Shown: positions 46,714 through 57,399, counted from the first letter of the stretch. The stretch: DNA of 64,000 nucleotides from Candidatus Saccharimonadota bacterium (GCA_022842995.1 JALHOM010000005.1:6503-70502); one strand, 5' to 3'. Numbers and translations are program-made. The notes: generated from the letters alone by a model not told the origin.

Positions 46714-48201
46714 ATGAGCAAGATCAGTCCCCATAAACTGGCGTTTTTTAGTAGTAATCCATTTCTCGCGCTTACGTACGATGATGTTCGTCTACGGACA
46801 AAAGCCAACCCAGCCAGTCCGCTGCCTCATGTGATTGACACTTCTGGCAGATTTTCCCGTAATGTCCCTTTGAAGGTACCTTTCGTTTCCGCAGCTATGG
46901 ACACAGTGACGACATCGGCCATGGGAATCGCGATGGCGCGTTTTGGTGGCTTAGGTGTCATACACGCTGGGCTCGGTCCTGAAGATCAGCGCCGTGAAGT
47001 GCGTCGCGTCAAGCTGTATATGAACGGGGTTGTTGATAAGCCGATTGTTGTTCGGGATAGCGACCGTGTCGATCAGGTTTTGAAGATGTGTGACGAAAAT
47101 GCCTTCGAATTTAGGACATTTCCGGTGATTAACGCTTCGGGGAAGTTTGTTGGCTTAGTAACCCAGAATGATTTTGATTTTTGCCTCGACCTTGATAAAA
47201 CGATTGAAGAGATTATGACGCCGATAGAAAAGGCGATCACGCGCAACAAGCAATTGAGCCTTCAGGAAGCCCACGATATTATGGCCGAGCATAAGGTGAA
47301 AACGTTGCCGATTCTCGGTAAGGACGGGACTGTCAGCAAGCTGTTTTTGTTTTCGGACGCCAAGCGAATTATTGATAGCGCCACCAAAAGCAATGTAGAC
47401 GGGAATGGGCGGCTTTACACGGCGGCGGCTGTACCAACCGATGACGAGGCGGTCGAGCGGGTGCGTCTCATGAAGGACTATCTCGACGTCGCCGTGCTTG
47501 ATAGCGCCGACGGCGACTCTTTCTATGCTTTCGAGACGCTCAAGAAACTGAAGGCTGAATTCCCCAATCTTGATGTGGTTGTTGGCAATGTGTCTGAAGG
47601 CTCTTCGGCGTTGCTTTTGGCCGAAGCGGGGGCTGACGGAATTAAGATTGGTCAAGGGCCAGGCTCTATTTGTACAACGCGCATAGAAACGGGAATCGGT
47701 ATGCCGCAAGTAACCGCCGTTTGGGATAGCTTCTCGAAGTTGCAGGCAGGAAAATTTGATATACCGATCATTGCCGACGGCGGTATTCGAAATCATGGTG
47801 ATATTTCTATTGCTGTAGCCGTGGGTGCCGAGGCTATTATGATGGGCAGTATGTTGGCTGGCACTACCGAAGCGCCGGGCGAAGTTATGACCATGAATGA
47901 CGGCACAAGGGTTAAATCTTACCGAGGCATGGGCTCGGCCAGTGCGTTAGAAGAAAGTGCGGCTTCTAGGAAGCGTTATGGCGCTACCGGTGGCGGTAAG
48001 CCGCTGGCCGAAGGCGTGGAATCGCTAGTTCCATTTAAGGGTGACGTGGCCGACACGCTCGAAACCTGCATGAAGGCTTTGGTCAAAAGTATGCGCTACT
48101 GTAAGGCAGAAAACTTGCAGGCACACCGGCTCCATACAGAGTTAATTCAGATTTCTGGGCCGGGTTTGGCTGAGTCACACCCTCATATAACAACGAGGTA
48201 A
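46714..48201 (+). CDS. guaB: inosine-5'-monophosphate dehydrogenase
   Basis: Inserted CBS pair, catalytic loop GIKIGQGPGSICTTR, GIGMPQVTAV and GGIRNHGDI. A GGCAGGAG Shine-Dalgarno sequence precedes the ATG at 46714 (ORF opens at 46651). Confidence 0.9.
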   Translation: MSKISPHKLAFFSSNPFLALTYDDVRLRTKANPASPLPHVIDTSGRFSRNVPLKVPFVSAAMDTVTTSAMGIAMARFGGLGVIHAGLGPEDQRREVRRVKLYMNGVVDKPIVVRDSDRVDQVLKMCDENAFEFRTFPVINASGKFVGLVTQNDFDFCLDLDKTIEEIMTPIEKAITRNKQLSLQEAHDIMAEHKVKTLPILGKDGTVSKLFLFSDAKRIIDSATKSNVDGNGRLYTAAAVPTDDEAVERVRLMKDYLDVAVLDSADGDSFYAFETLKKLKAEFPNLDVVVGNVSEGSSALLLAEAGADGIKIGQGPGSICTTRIETGIGMPQVTAVWDSFSKLQAGKFDIPIIADGGIRNHGDISIAVAVGAEAIMMGSMLAGTTEAPGEVMTMNDGTRVKSYRGMGSASALEESAASRKRYGATGGGKPLAEGVESLVPFKGDVADTLETCMKALVKSMRYCKAENLQAHRLHTELIQISGPGLAESHPHITTR

Positions 48202-48274
48202 GCAACCGACGAACTAAATACCTGATTCATTAATAGCCAATATAAATCTGCTTGTCCGCAGATTCTAAGTCGAA

Positions 48275-49078
48275 TTAATTTTGGCCCTGGGCTTGTTCAG
48301 GAGACATGCTTGGCAGTAAGCAGCCGACAGGATTTTGAGCAGAGACGTCGTAGAGCTCAAGACCGGTTTTTTGTTCCCAGGCATTTTGCATAGATGTTAA
48401 TTCGGAAATGACTTTATCTTTTGCCGCAGACGATAGAAGAGGCGTTGGGCAGAGGTGTGTAGTTTTTCGATTTTCGTCCTTATTAACCTGGAACTCAAAT
48501 CGGAGTAGTCCGTTGTTTTGCTTGGCTGCTTCGCCAAGTTTGTCACCAGCTTTTACTTTGTCGCCTTGCTTGACCGTAATGTTCACTAGGTGGTCATAGC
48601 CAATGGTCCACTTGGAGCCTTCTTTTGGCTGCAAGAAAACTTCGTAATCGTTTGTATCGGCTTGTTGTCTCGTAAAGCCGATGAACCCATCAATAGCAGC
48701 AATTATAGGCGTACCCGGTTTTACCGAAGCAAATTCGAAGTTAGGGTTAAGCCTGTTGCCGGATAATTTATTGCCAAAGTTGTAGTACCCCTTTAGACCA
48801 CGTGAATTGAAATCTCGTGTAGCGTTGGTGTCGATAGCGATGGCGTCGGTGATCGAAGCAACGCCAAGATTTTGTAGTTCAATATCTTTTTCGTCGGCAC
48901 TTTCAGCTTGAGCTGGGTTTTGCGAAGAGTTTTGGTTGTTTTGACTGCCCGAGTTTTTGGTATCGGAATTTTGGGACATGACGTACCAGCCGGCTAGTCC
49001 AACTCCGGCGATTACTACAATAACGAGGATTATAGCCAAGTGACCAAAGCCACTCTGATCCAAAGATAAGCGTTTCAT
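48275..49078 (-). CDS. membrane-anchored M23/LytM-like (duplicated-hybrid-motif) domain protein
   Basis: TM anchor, Asn/Gln/Ser linker, then PGTPIIAAIDGFIG...YDHLVNITVKQGDKVKAGDKLG, resembling M23 peptidases. Metal ligands are not clearly complete. Confidence 0.5.
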   Translation of the reverse strand: MKRLSLDQSGFGHLAIILVIVVIAGVGLAGWYVMSQNSDTKNSGSQNNQNSSQNPAQAESADEKDIELQNLGVASITDAIAIDTNATRDFNSRGLKGYYNFGNKLSGNRLNPNFEFASVKPGTPIIAAIDGFIGFTRQQADTNDYEVFLQPKEGSKWTIGYDHLVNITVKQGDKVKAGDKLGEAAKQNNGLLRFEFQVNKDENRKTTHLCPTPLLSSAAKDKVISELTSMQNAWEQKTGLELYDVSAQNPVGCLLPSMSPEQAQGQN

Positions 49079-49122
49079 TACGCTTAACTGTATACCGATA
49101 ACTGAGTACTGGCAACAATTAA

Positions 49123-49917
49123 CTAGCGGGCGAATAGTTGGGTTGTGTAGACGTAGCCTTTGCAGCTGCCGCTTCCGGCCGTGACTACCCCGATGCCGGC
49201 GTAGGTGTAATCGCCGATCATATTGCCGTAGTGTCCTGGTGAGTTTTTGAGGGCCTCTAACACACCGTTGACGGTGCTGTGATATCCGACGTTCTCGGCA
49301 ATTCCACTAACGGTTACTGGTCCGATATTGACGCTTAAAAATTGCCCGAGACTTTGGTGATATATTCCGCAGCTTGCAGCCTGAGCTTGGGCATGGCTTA
49401 AGGCCCAGCCGTTCATGGTGGCGTTTGCAGACAGTGCTGGTTTACCGACGCCGGCTCGCACTGAATTTATAAATGCCAGAGAGGATGATGTTTCGCCGGG
49501 AGTGCTTATTGGTTTTGGCTCGGCAGGTGGCGGTGTGCTCGGGGCGGGAGCTGGTGTTGGCTGGGCGGCCGGTTTTGGTGCAGGTGTGGCTTGAGGGGTC
49601 GGCGGTGTGGCTTCGGCCGGCTTTGTTTCGGTTGCTGGGGCGGCCGGTGGTGAGGTTTGGGTTGAATCAGGGGTCGGCGTAGTCTTTTGGCTTGCAGCAA
49701 TACGAGCCGCTTGCTGTTCTTTGATCTGGGTTAATTTTTGACGTAACTCTATCTGGCTTTTGGTAAGACGCCTATCTATTTGGGTGCTTCGGACTTCAGA
49801 CGCCGTCATAATAAATCCAGCACAGAAAACGGCAATTAAACACAGGGCGGTCGTGTTTTTGTGTTTTACTAACAACCTTTTTGTTTTTTTGACTAGCTTT
49901 TTACGCTGTTTTTGCAT
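49123..49917 (-). CDS. membrane-anchored CAP/SCP/PR1-like domain protein with Pro-rich linker
   Basis: TM anchor, a PTPAP-type linker and a C-terminal CAP-like region (NSVRAGVGKPAL...GENVGY...SPGHYGNM). Confidence 0.6.
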   Translation of the reverse strand: MQKQRKKLVKKTKRLLVKHKNTTALCLIAVFCAGFIMTASEVRSTQIDRRLTKSQIELRQKLTQIKEQQAARIAASQKTTPTPDSTQTSPPAAPATETKPAEATPPTPQATPAPKPAAQPTPAPAPSTPPPAEPKPISTPGETSSSLAFINSVRAGVGKPALSANATMNGWALSHAQAQAASCGIYHQSLGQFLSVNIGPVTVSGIAENVGYHSTVNGVLEALKNSPGHYGNMIGDYTYAGIGVVTAGSGSCKGYVYTTQLFAR

Positions 49918-49980
49918 AATCGTAATATCTAGTATAGATAATGTGTTTGTAAAAGTCTAGGAAATGTTGCAAAGATTACT

Positions 49981-50655
49981 TTATAGCGTTGTGACTTCGA
50001 GTCGGGTCATAAAATTTGCTACTTGTTCGGCCATTTCTGGATCAATGGCCGTTTCTTTTTTTAAAAAGTCGGCTATTTCTTCTGTGCCGAGGTAGCAATA
50101 GAGATATGGAAAACCCCCTTGTGGCACAATAGGAAGTGATTTGTTCGGCCAGAATTGAACCGCTACGCTACCTAGTAATATAGCCGTTGAAGCGTGGGCA
50201 GTTACGGGCTGGTCTTCCGGTACGCTTAAGTCACCTTCTTCCACGGCGGTATAAATGCGACCATCGCGTAATTTGGTTTCAGGGTCATAGCCAGTAATCC
50301 AACGTGTTGTGTCGCCTTCATCAAAGGTTCCCAAAATCCCGTACAGTATAGAACTAGGGTTGGAGGTGAGGAGGATTGGCTTGCCGATATTAAAAAAATC
50401 TAGTCGTTCTGCGAGTCGCGCTCTTCTGGCGATAAAGCTATTTGGGTCTAGGTCTTCAGGGTACGAACCTCCCAGGTATATCTGCCAGGCTAGGGAATTG
50501 ACCGAAATTAATTTGCCTGCAGCATGTTGATCTATGAGAGTCCTAAACTCGCGGGCGTGCTCATGTCTGTGGCTGCCAGGAGTCAGTAGTTCATAGATAG
50601 CTTGGTTTACCTCTGGGATTGATACAGAAGGAATTATCTCTGGTTTAGCAGGCAT
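49981..50655 (-). CDS. hypothetical protein
   Basis: 224-aa ORF with no recognisable motif. Confidence 0.45.
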   Translation of the reverse strand: MPAKPEIIPSVSIPEVNQAIYELLTPGSHRHEHAREFRTLIDQHAAGKLISVNSLAWQIYLGGSYPEDLDPNSFIARRARLAERLDFFNIGKPILLTSNPSSILYGILGTFDEGDTTRWITGYDPETKLRDGRIYTAVEEGDLSVPEDQPVTAHASTAILLGSVAVQFWPNKSLPIVPQGGFPYLYCYLGTEEIADFLKKETAIDPEMAEQVANFMTRLEVTTL

Positions 50656-50731
50656 AAATTAATTAGAGCATTTTTTGCGATATTAGTCTACGCCTGAGGA
50701 GGATTTGGCTAGTCTGTAGCTTTGTAAGCAA

Positions 50732-51394
50732 TTAATTTAGCGCAAGGTTAACTGGGAATATTTTAACGCCACTGTTTTGGGCAGCTAGCTGTGCTACTCT
50801 ACGGGCGAGCGCAGGGTTTTGGCGTGATAGTTCGCCTGTTTCAAAGTAACTTCTTGTTTGACTGAAATTCAGTCGTTGATTATTTGTCCCCCTGTAAGCA
50901 CGCGATCTTAAAAGGGTCTTTACTCCATTACTGAATTTAAGATTTGAGTAGGCACTCACGTATACTGACCCGTAGTCGAATGCGACGACTCGCTCTTCCA
51001 TCCTGTCGTCGGGTGATTTGCTGTGTTCAAAACCGCAGTTGCCGAGAATGTTTATGATAGGCTTATAAACTGTGCTTTGAGGAGCCGTAGTTTCGTCGTT
51101 ATTAGTAAGCCGGACTGGGGCTAAGATATTACTCTGTACTGCTAGCCGAAATGAAGTATCTGGGTCGGACTGTGCGCGGGCGACCATTTTTGCGCATAGT
51201 TCTACTGCTTTTTGTTCGGCGATGTTGCTACTACCTTGACCGGGAGCAAGACCAATGTTCAGATCGCCATTAAGTATGGTAGCGATAGGAGGTACCGGAG
51301 TAGTTATGTCTTGCCCTACTGCTTCTCCTGTTACAGTTAGCAGTTTGGCGGTCGCACAGACGACAGCGGCGGTTTTTAGAATTCTTGATCTCAT
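50732..51394 (-). CDS. hypothetical secreted protein
   Basis: 220 aa with an N-terminal signal-like segment (MRSRILKTAAVVCATAKLLTVTG). Confidence 0.45.
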   Translation of the reverse strand: MRSRILKTAAVVCATAKLLTVTGEAVGQDITTPVPPIATILNGDLNIGLAPGQGSSNIAEQKAVELCAKMVARAQSDPDTSFRLAVQSNILAPVRLTNNDETTAPQSTVYKPIINILGNCGFEHSKSPDDRMEERVVAFDYGSVYVSAYSNLKFSNGVKTLLRSRAYRGTNNQRLNFSQTRSYFETGELSRQNPALARRVAQLAAQNSGVKIFPVNLALN

Positions 51395-51497
51395 AATAAT
51401 CTCTTAAAACCAATATTATACCACACTCGTCAATCGAATGGCATAGTAAATGTTATAATGATAAGCCGAATTTAGCACCGTTTAGGCATAAGAATCG

Positions 51498-52151
51498 ATG
51501 AGTGGCAGAGTTGCAAATATCGTAGATAAATCGGCAAGGTATATGGGTTTCGAAACGCCTCCCGGCAGGTTGCCTGATTCGCCTCGGGTATATGTGTCGG
51601 GGCAAGTTATTGCTCGGCGGGGGGAGCCTGCGATTGAGTACGATTCGTTGACTGAACTATTCAGGGCTTTTGGACATAACGATCCACGTAAAGTCACGAT
51701 GTTTCTCGTTGGTAGCACTCTGCTTAATAAAGTCGACTCGGTAGGCTTACCTTACTTTATGCCGAGTGGAATGGTTTTTCCTGTTATTCCTTCACTCAGA
51801 AATCTCATGATTATAAACGCTATCGCTCCTTTAAATCATGATAACCCTCAGCGCCATATCACTGATCGGATTGTGTATCAGGCTGCTAGAATGGGTCAGT
51901 CCCATAGTTCAATGCCTTTAATCGGACGTACTGCCCTGGAAAGTCTGGCTGGCCGAAGCTTTGTATCATGGTTTGGCGATACGGTTGGTGATAAGGCGCC
52001 GTATGTACCGAGTTTGTTGACTGTTTTGCTATTCCGAGCACTTTATGCGCACAGTGAGTACGGTCACCTCGATGCGCGAGAGGCTACAGAGAGTGGGGCG
52101 GTCGATCATCATTTAAATACGGTGCGTTTCCCTGTCTATGCAGGTAGCTAG
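51498..52151 (+). CDS. hypothetical protein
   Basis: 217-aa ORF with no recognisable motif. Confidence 0.45.
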   Translation: MSGRVANIVDKSARYMGFETPPGRLPDSPRVYVSGQVIARRGEPAIEYDSLTELFRAFGHNDPRKVTMFLVGSTLLNKVDSVGLPYFMPSGMVFPVIPSLRNLMIINAIAPLNHDNPQRHITDRIVYQAARMGQSHSSMPLIGRTALESLAGRSFVSWFGDTVGDKAPYVPSLLTVLLFRALYAHSEYGHLDAREATESGAVDHHLNTVRFPVYAGS

Positions 52152-52786
52152 TTCTGGATAATTTCAACTATCTCTTTAAGATTTGAAACGGCGTACGTCG
52201 CCGTTGATTCTAGGGGTGAATCTTTGAAGGTGATGCTTATGCCGCATATTTGAAACAGCTCGGCGTCATTGGCTCCATCGCCGACGCAGACAACTTGGTT
52301 CATGGGGATATTTAACTCATCGGCTATCTTTTGAGCCTGGGTGGCTTTGTAGGTTGAGTCGTTGTCGACAGTCTCTATTGACTTCAAGAAGTTATTTTCG
52401 TCGAATATAAAGCGGTTATTGCAGGCCCATGCTTTTATGCCGAGCTCCCCGGCTACTTTCTCGACCAGAATATCCATAGACCCAGATATCAGGGCAAGAT
52501 GATGGCCGGCTTGAAGTAGTGCGGCTACGGATTCTTGAGCACCAGGAAGGTAGGTGTAGCGTGAAAGTACTTTTTCTATCGAAGATCGACTACTGTCACC
52601 ACGTTTTTTATAGATGTTACATAAAATAGCCTGGCCCTCGGCGTCAGAAATCGTGCCTTCTTGGCCCCATTTCATGAGCATGTCGTCTTCTTCTGTAGAG
52701 ACACCCATTGCTTTGTTGAGTTCGAGCCAAGAGTTTTCTTGAATGAGGGTTTTGTTGAGGTCAAAAATGATAAGTTTTGGCTTCAT
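52148..52786 (-). CDS. HAD-superfamily hydrolase (subfamily IB, SerB-like)
   Basis: Motif I IIFDLNKTL (second Asp replaced by Asn), motif II ISGS, motif IV GDGANDAELF. ATG at 52786 is preferred to TTG at 52831. Confidence 0.7.
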   Translation of the reverse strand: MKPKLIIFDLNKTLIQENSWLELNKAMGVSTEEDDMLMKWGQEGTISDAEGQAILCNIYKKRGDSSRSSIEKVLSRYTYLPGAQESVAALLQAGHHLALISGSMDILVEKVAGELGIKAWACNNRFIFDENNFLKSIETVDNDSTYKATQAQKIADELNIPMNQVVCVGDGANDAELFQICGISITFKDSPLESTATYAVSNLKEIVEIIQN

Positions 52787-52808
52787 GGTTTTAAGTATAG
52801 CCTGGTGT

Positions 52809-53384
52809 TTAGGTGGTTGTCTCGTAGACAAGGTTTTCGTGAAGCTCGGCGTTTGTCAGTGTGTGTTTGCCTACTTTTTGCGGCACAAAAAGAGTGAGAT
52901 TTTGCAGGTAGCGTTCGTCAGTTTGGCTAGAAGGGATGTCTTTTAGGGATTTCTCGATTGCTTCTTTGATAGTTTTTTCAGAACAAATTACTTCTGTAAC
53001 CCCATTTTGTCTGGAGACGCTCGCACCAAAAGAGTGGACCGGATTGGTGTCTACGAGTTCGGTGTAGGTGAGGCTCAACACCCACTTTGTTGACGTGAAA
53101 TTGCCTGCTTTGTAATTGACTAGTATCCTGCGAAGTATCTCAAGGGATTCTTCGTCGTCTCTGTCTGTTCTATATTCTTCGTAAATGTCGAAGGCTAGAT
53201 CCTCGATACCGCCAAGCATTGGGTGTGTGCCGTCTTCGAACTGGTAGCTTTGGGCGCACACGTAAATAAGTTTGGCAGCTTCTTGTAAGCCGAGCCTATC
53301 TTCGTCGTATGCCCTTAATACTGTCTCTACATAATCAATAAAGTAGTGGTTTTTTACATATTGCTGGTTGACGGTTTGCATCAT
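52809..53384 (-). CDS. hypothetical protein
   Basis: 191 aa. ATGA-coupled to the upstream 108-aa ORF. Confidence 0.5.
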   Translation of the reverse strand: MMQTVNQQYVKNHYFIDYVETVLRAYDEDRLGLQEAAKLIYVCAQSYQFEDGTHPMLGGIEDLAFDIYEEYRTDRDDEESLEILRRILVNYKAGNFTSTKWVLSLTYTELVDTNPVHSFGASVSRQNGVTEVICSEKTIKEAIEKSLKDIPSSQTDERYLQNLTLFVPQKVGKHTLTNAELHENLVYETTT

Positions 53385-53707
53385 AATTTACCTTGCATAA
53401 ATTCAGTAATCTCTCGGCTGAGTAAATGGTCGGCTTCGTCGAGCTCTTTCCGGAAGTTCCCGTTTAACTCGCTATCCGTAAACGCTTGGGTACTGATAAA
53501 AATTCCTAGATGCGTGTTCGATATCTGGAAGCTGACATATTCTGATTTTTTATATTTATGAATGATATCCATCAGTCCGTTCGCGAGGCCCATAGATGCG
53601 TCTAGATCGGCAATGTTTTTATAGTAGAAAATCACTAGTGACTTAGAGCCGTCAGGGTGATCAACGGTTTTCCATATCGGAGTCTTTGATGTTAGTTTTT
53701 GGCTCAT
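53381..53707 (-). CDS. hypothetical protein
   Basis: 108 aa, first gene of a coupled pair. Confidence 0.5.
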   Translation of the reverse strand: MSQKLTSKTPIWKTVDHPDGSKSLVIFYYKNIADLDASMGLANGLMDIIHKYKKSEYVSFQISNTHLGIFISTQAFTDSELNGNFRKELDEADHLLSREITEFMQGKL

Positions 53708-53858
53708 ATTATTGATTATATACTTTGTTTCGATAGAAAAGTTCTATTAATTTGATGGTTTCCGTCTGCAAGTATCGTGCAAAATTATCTCGTTGAAATC
53801 TGAATTGATTGCCAAAGGAAGTCTGTTATGTCTAGTTTCATAGATCTGAAGCAGAATG

Positions 53859-54659
53859 CTAATTTGATTTCATTAAATGAATAAACTCACCTTCTGGATC
53901 GGAAGAATTCTCTTGGAAATAGTGCCAAAAAGCATTAAATTTCACCACAGTATCTATCCAGAAATCGATTTCTTTCTCGTCATTTGTCTCAAGGCCTTTT
54001 GAGATTATCTTTCTATCTTGACTTGTAGCTTTGTAGCTAGCATTAAGCAAAGCCGGGTTTTGTTTTTGGCTGGCTATAGATCCGGTTACTCTGGCGATTA
54101 GGTCAGTATAGGGTTTTCCGATGAGCAGATTTAGTAGACGAAATTCAAATTCAAAGACACGGGCTTCCTCGACCCAGAAAGAGTCTTTTGCATTGCGATC
54201 AATCTTTTTTTCAAGGTCAAACCAGGCATGTTTTCCTTCGTGAAGTAAAATTATCCCTTTTCCGGGATTTTGGAAACCGCTAAGGGGAAGGTAAATTGCT
54301 CGAGACCCTTCTTGGTATGTGGCTGTGGCTTTTAGATTCCCAATAGCAAAATCTTTGCGACGATCCTTATCAGGCAGTCTTGTGACATCTTTTTTAATAA
54401 TTGGAGTCAATACGGCGTAGTCTTCTGCTGGTCTGCTCGGTTTTTCTCGGAAAAAGCTTACCACGCCTCCTTCTGGTATTGGAGCGCCAACTATTGTTCT
54501 GGTGTTAAGAAAATCCCAGACCTCTAACGCTTCAGAATCCTGAGTAGTTTCAGCTATTTGTTTTGCTGCTAAAGCCCAAGATTTCGCTAATTCGTAGCGT
54601 TCCATCATGTCCAGTTCGGAAATGAGGTTTTCTGTATTGGATTTTTCAGGCTGCTGCAT
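53859..54659 (-). CDS. hypothetical protein with HExxH motif (putative metallopeptidase)
   Basis: 266 aa with IILLHEGKHAWFD (HEGKH). No signal peptide. Confidence 0.45.
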   Translation of the reverse strand: MQQPEKSNTENLISELDMMERYELAKSWALAAKQIAETTQDSEALEVWDFLNTRTIVGAPIPEGGVVSFFREKPSRPAEDYAVLTPIIKKDVTRLPDKDRRKDFAIGNLKATATYQEGSRAIYLPLSGFQNPGKGIILLHEGKHAWFDLEKKIDRNAKDSFWVEEARVFEFEFRLLNLLIGKPYTDLIARVTGSIASQKQNPALLNASYKATSQDRKIISKGLETNDEKEIDFWIDTVVKFNAFWHYFQENSSDPEGEFIHLMKSN

Positions 54660-54731
54660 AGCTAGATAGTACCACTCTTTAGACAGCGCTGTAGTGGATT
54701 TTCTGAATTGTTCTAAGAACCAGAAAGTTTA

Positions 54732-55229
54732 TCATTTAATCTTGAAGACTGTAAGGATGTCGCCCATCGAAGAGATGTAATTTTGGGGATTTTTCTTATA
54801 ATCTTCGATCAATGTTGGTATTTCTATCCATTTGATTTGCTCTACTTCGGATTCTTGATACGTAAAGTAATCGAGCGGTTCGTCAATCACGGCCGTAAAC
54901 CAGTGGGTAAAGTAGCGGTAAGGCCCGTTGATCATATGCTTCGGACCAACTTCAATACTGATGCCTGTTAACCCTAACTCTTCTTCGGCTTCGCGCTGAA
55001 TTGTTTGGAGGTAGGTGTCGTCGCCCTCTACCGTTCCACCCACGGCTTCACCCCACCTGCCGGGATCGAGCTTTTTATCAAACTTTCTTTGGGCGAGCAA
55101 GACCTCATTTTTGCTGTTGGTGATCCATAGGGATGCGCCTCGATATATGTCTTCGGCTGGGATAATTTCTGCGCGCTCTTTGTAATTAATGATCGCGTCA
55201 TTTAAATCGACGATGGGGACTTTTGTCAT
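54732..55229 (-). CDS. NUDIX hydrolase
   Basis: Nudix box GGTVEGDDTYLQTIQREAEEELGL. Confidence 0.8.
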   Translation of the reverse strand: MTKVPIVDLNDAIINYKERAEIIPAEDIYRGASLWITNSKNEVLLAQRKFDKKLDPGRWGEAVGGTVEGDDTYLQTIQREAEEELGLTGISIEVGPKHMINGPYRYFTHWFTAVIDEPLDYFTYQESEVEQIKWIEIPTLIEDYKKNPQNYISSMGDILTVFKIK

Positions 55230-55300
55230 GGTTTTATTCTAGCAAACACGAGAAACAATGGTTTCCAATGTTCGTGAATTGACAGATGTAGCTTCTAGTT

Positions 55301-55549
55301 TTATCTGACGCGGGTGACGAGCTTGACGTTTGCGAGGTAGGTGTCTGGGTCGAGGGCGGGGTTGCTGACAAGGTAGTTCATGTGTTTGTCGACAAACGGC
55401 ATGAGATTGTCGGCGTATAACAAGGAGTTCGCGCTGTATGTTGAGGCTGTATTGTAGGTCGGATCTTCTGTCATGAGCAAAAGCTCGTCTCGAACCTGGC
55501 GACCTTTATCGGAAGTGAGAAAATTGGTTCTGCTTTTTACGACGGGCAT
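55301..55549 (-). CDS. hypothetical protein (82 aa)
   Basis: ORF lying 3 nt downstream of a tiny Lys-rich ORF. No recognisable motif. Confidence 0.5.
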   Translation of the reverse strand: MPVVKSRTNFLTSDKGRQVRDELLLMTEDPTYNTASTYSANSLLYADNLMPFVDKHMNYLVSNPALDPDTYLANVKLVTRVR

Positions 55550-55552
55550 TTT

Positions 55553-55609
55553 TTAGGTCTTTGCTTTTTTAGGTTTTTTGACTTCTTTGCGTCCTCTGTC
55601 TTTTGACAT
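55553..55609 (-). CDS. possible 18-aa Lys-rich micro-ORF (MSKDRGRKEVKKPKKAKT)
   Basis: ATG at 55609 with a GAAAGGAA Shine-Dalgarno sequence 5 nt upstream. The stop lies 3 nt before the next ATG. Too short for statistical support. Confidence 0.25.
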   Translation of the reverse strand: MSKDRGRKEVKKPKKAKT

Positions 55610-55837
55610 GTGGTTCCTTTCGTCAACACTCCGATACGATCATAGTAGTTGTAATATCGTCTATATTACTAACTATACGCCTAAATTTGACAATTACCTA
55701 ATCGCATATTAGAAAATATTTTAATTTAAATCATAAGCCACTTTTTGGTCCAGCGTATTTTTGGTGTATTCGCTGACTTACGGTCGAGTGCTGATTGTAA
55801 GGCCAGCGTTCTGCCGAACGGCCGCCGTCTTTCTCTT

Positions 55838-56305
55838 TCAGGTGTATTTTATGACCGCGAATGCTAAAAAGATTAGACTGCCCAGAATCATAGCCCCCGC
55901 CAAACTGAAGGCAAAGATTTTTAAGAAGCGGCTCTTAGCTTGTCTGAGTTCGTATTGGTAACGAGAGTCAATGGCGGAAAAGGTGTCTGGATCTAGTTTT
56001 AGGAGTTGAGCTCTCGCTATGTCAGTCATGCGATTTTTGAGCGTCATTAGCTTTAATAGACCGTAAAGGGGAGCGCAGGTTACGCCGAGTGCGAGGGCGA
56101 GGCCGATAATCGACCCTTCGCGTCTGGTTTGTCCTGGTTCATAGCCAAAAGCAGAGAGTATGATCATCAGAATTAATGAAAGCACCCCTACGCCAATCCA
56201 GAAAAAGGATCGCTTGAGTGCGTTATTCCTTAATTTTCTACGCTCAGGAGGGCTGATATATTTCAGCGGATGCTTGTATCGCTCAAGAGGGAGAGGGGCA
56301 GTCAT
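55838..56305 (-). CDS. hypothetical membrane protein
   Basis: 155 aa with three or four hydrophobic helices. Confidence 0.5.
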   Translation of the reverse strand: MTAPLPLERYKHPLKYISPPERRKLRNNALKRSFFWIGVGVLSLILMIILSAFGYEPGQTRREGSIIGLALALGVTCAPLYGLLKLMTLKNRMTDIARAQLLKLDPDTFSAIDSRYQYELRQAKSRFLKIFAFSLAGAMILGSLIFLAFAVIKYT

Positions 56306-56415
56306 GATGTTACTATATCAAAAATCATTTTATCTGACTTGCTTGCTCGGAGATGATATACACTGACTTTACTTAAATCGATATCTCCAGTTTATTTAAC
56401 AAGGATTGTTCCAAA

Positions 56416-57258
56416 CTACATTTCTAAAAAGTTTCCAAAGCCTGATTTTTTGGTCAGGTGGATTTTTTTCAAGGTTTCTATATCTTCTGGCTCAAGAACT
56501 ATTTGCATCGAATCTTTGATCTGTTGCCAGTGTTCAAGGGAGCTGGCTTTTATGGTAAAGCATACCCCGTCATAGCTGTTGAGGTAGGCGAGGGCAATTT
56601 GATGAGGAGTAACCTTCAGTTTATTTGCAATTATTTTTAGGGCAGAAGAGATATCAGGATCTTCGTCGATATCGGCAAGAGTTCTATAGGCTTGGATGGG
56701 GATATTATTTTCTCTGCACATATCGTAAGTTCCGCTAGACAGAATCGAGCTGTCACTTAACGAGAAGCTGACTTGGTTGACGGTGATTGGGGTTTCCGAC
56801 GTTTCGAGTGCGACGTGAAGTGATTTAGGACCAAAATTACTGACGCCTACGTGTTTAATGACGCCTTCTTTGGCTAATTGATTGGTTGCTTTAAAAAAGT
56901 CTGTTAAATCAAAATCAGGATTTGGCGCGTGGCACAAGAAATAATCAACGTAGTCTAGTTTTAGTCTAGTGAGGCTGTCGTTGAAGCCGCTCATGACCTG
57001 ATCGTACTCTAGATGAATGCGGTTCTGTTTGGTTAAAATTCGATAGCTACTCCTCGGGTAGTTGGCGATAGCTTGGCCCACTAATTCTTCGCATCTTCCA
57101 TTGGCGTAATTTTGAGCAGTATCAATAAGGCCAACGCCGAAGTCGAGGGCAGTCTTTATGGCTCCGATATCTCGTTGGTCGTCATTGTTGGGGTCGGGGT
57201 CTTTGGTCCCACCCATCAGCCAAGTTCCAAGAGCGAGTTTTGGGAAGTCTGTTTGCAT
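56416..57258 (-). CDS. aldo/keto reductase
   Basis: LGTWLMGG, IDTAQNYANG, LDYVDYFLCHAP and VGVSNF motifs. Confidence 0.85.
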   Translation of the reverse strand: MQTDFPKLALGTWLMGGTKDPDPNNDDQRDIGAIKTALDFGVGLIDTAQNYANGRCEELVGQAIANYPRSSYRILTKQNRIHLEYDQVMSGFNDSLTRLKLDYVDYFLCHAPNPDFDLTDFFKATNQLAKEGVIKHVGVSNFGPKSLHVALETSETPITVNQVSFSLSDSSILSSGTYDMCRENNIPIQAYRTLADIDEDPDISSALKIIANKLKVTPHQIALAYLNSYDGVCFTIKASSLEHWQQIKDSMQIVLEPEDIETLKKIHLTKKSGFGNFLEM

Positions 57259-57399
57259 ATTCGACGTTTAGTATAGCAAATAGCAGATTTCTAGCGGTTG
57301 TTTCGTCCAAGAAAGCCAGTGTTGCACTGGTGTGGGATGGTTGTGCGGGGGAGCCGTTGAGGAGGAGTATGTTTATGGGATTCTGATAGCAGAAAGGTT

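Noticed and set aside
53838-53879. 13-codon ORF MSSFIDLKQNANL with an AAGGAAG SD motif
   Set aside because: It is far too short to support, and it overlaps the 3' end of the 266-aa gene on the opposite strand.
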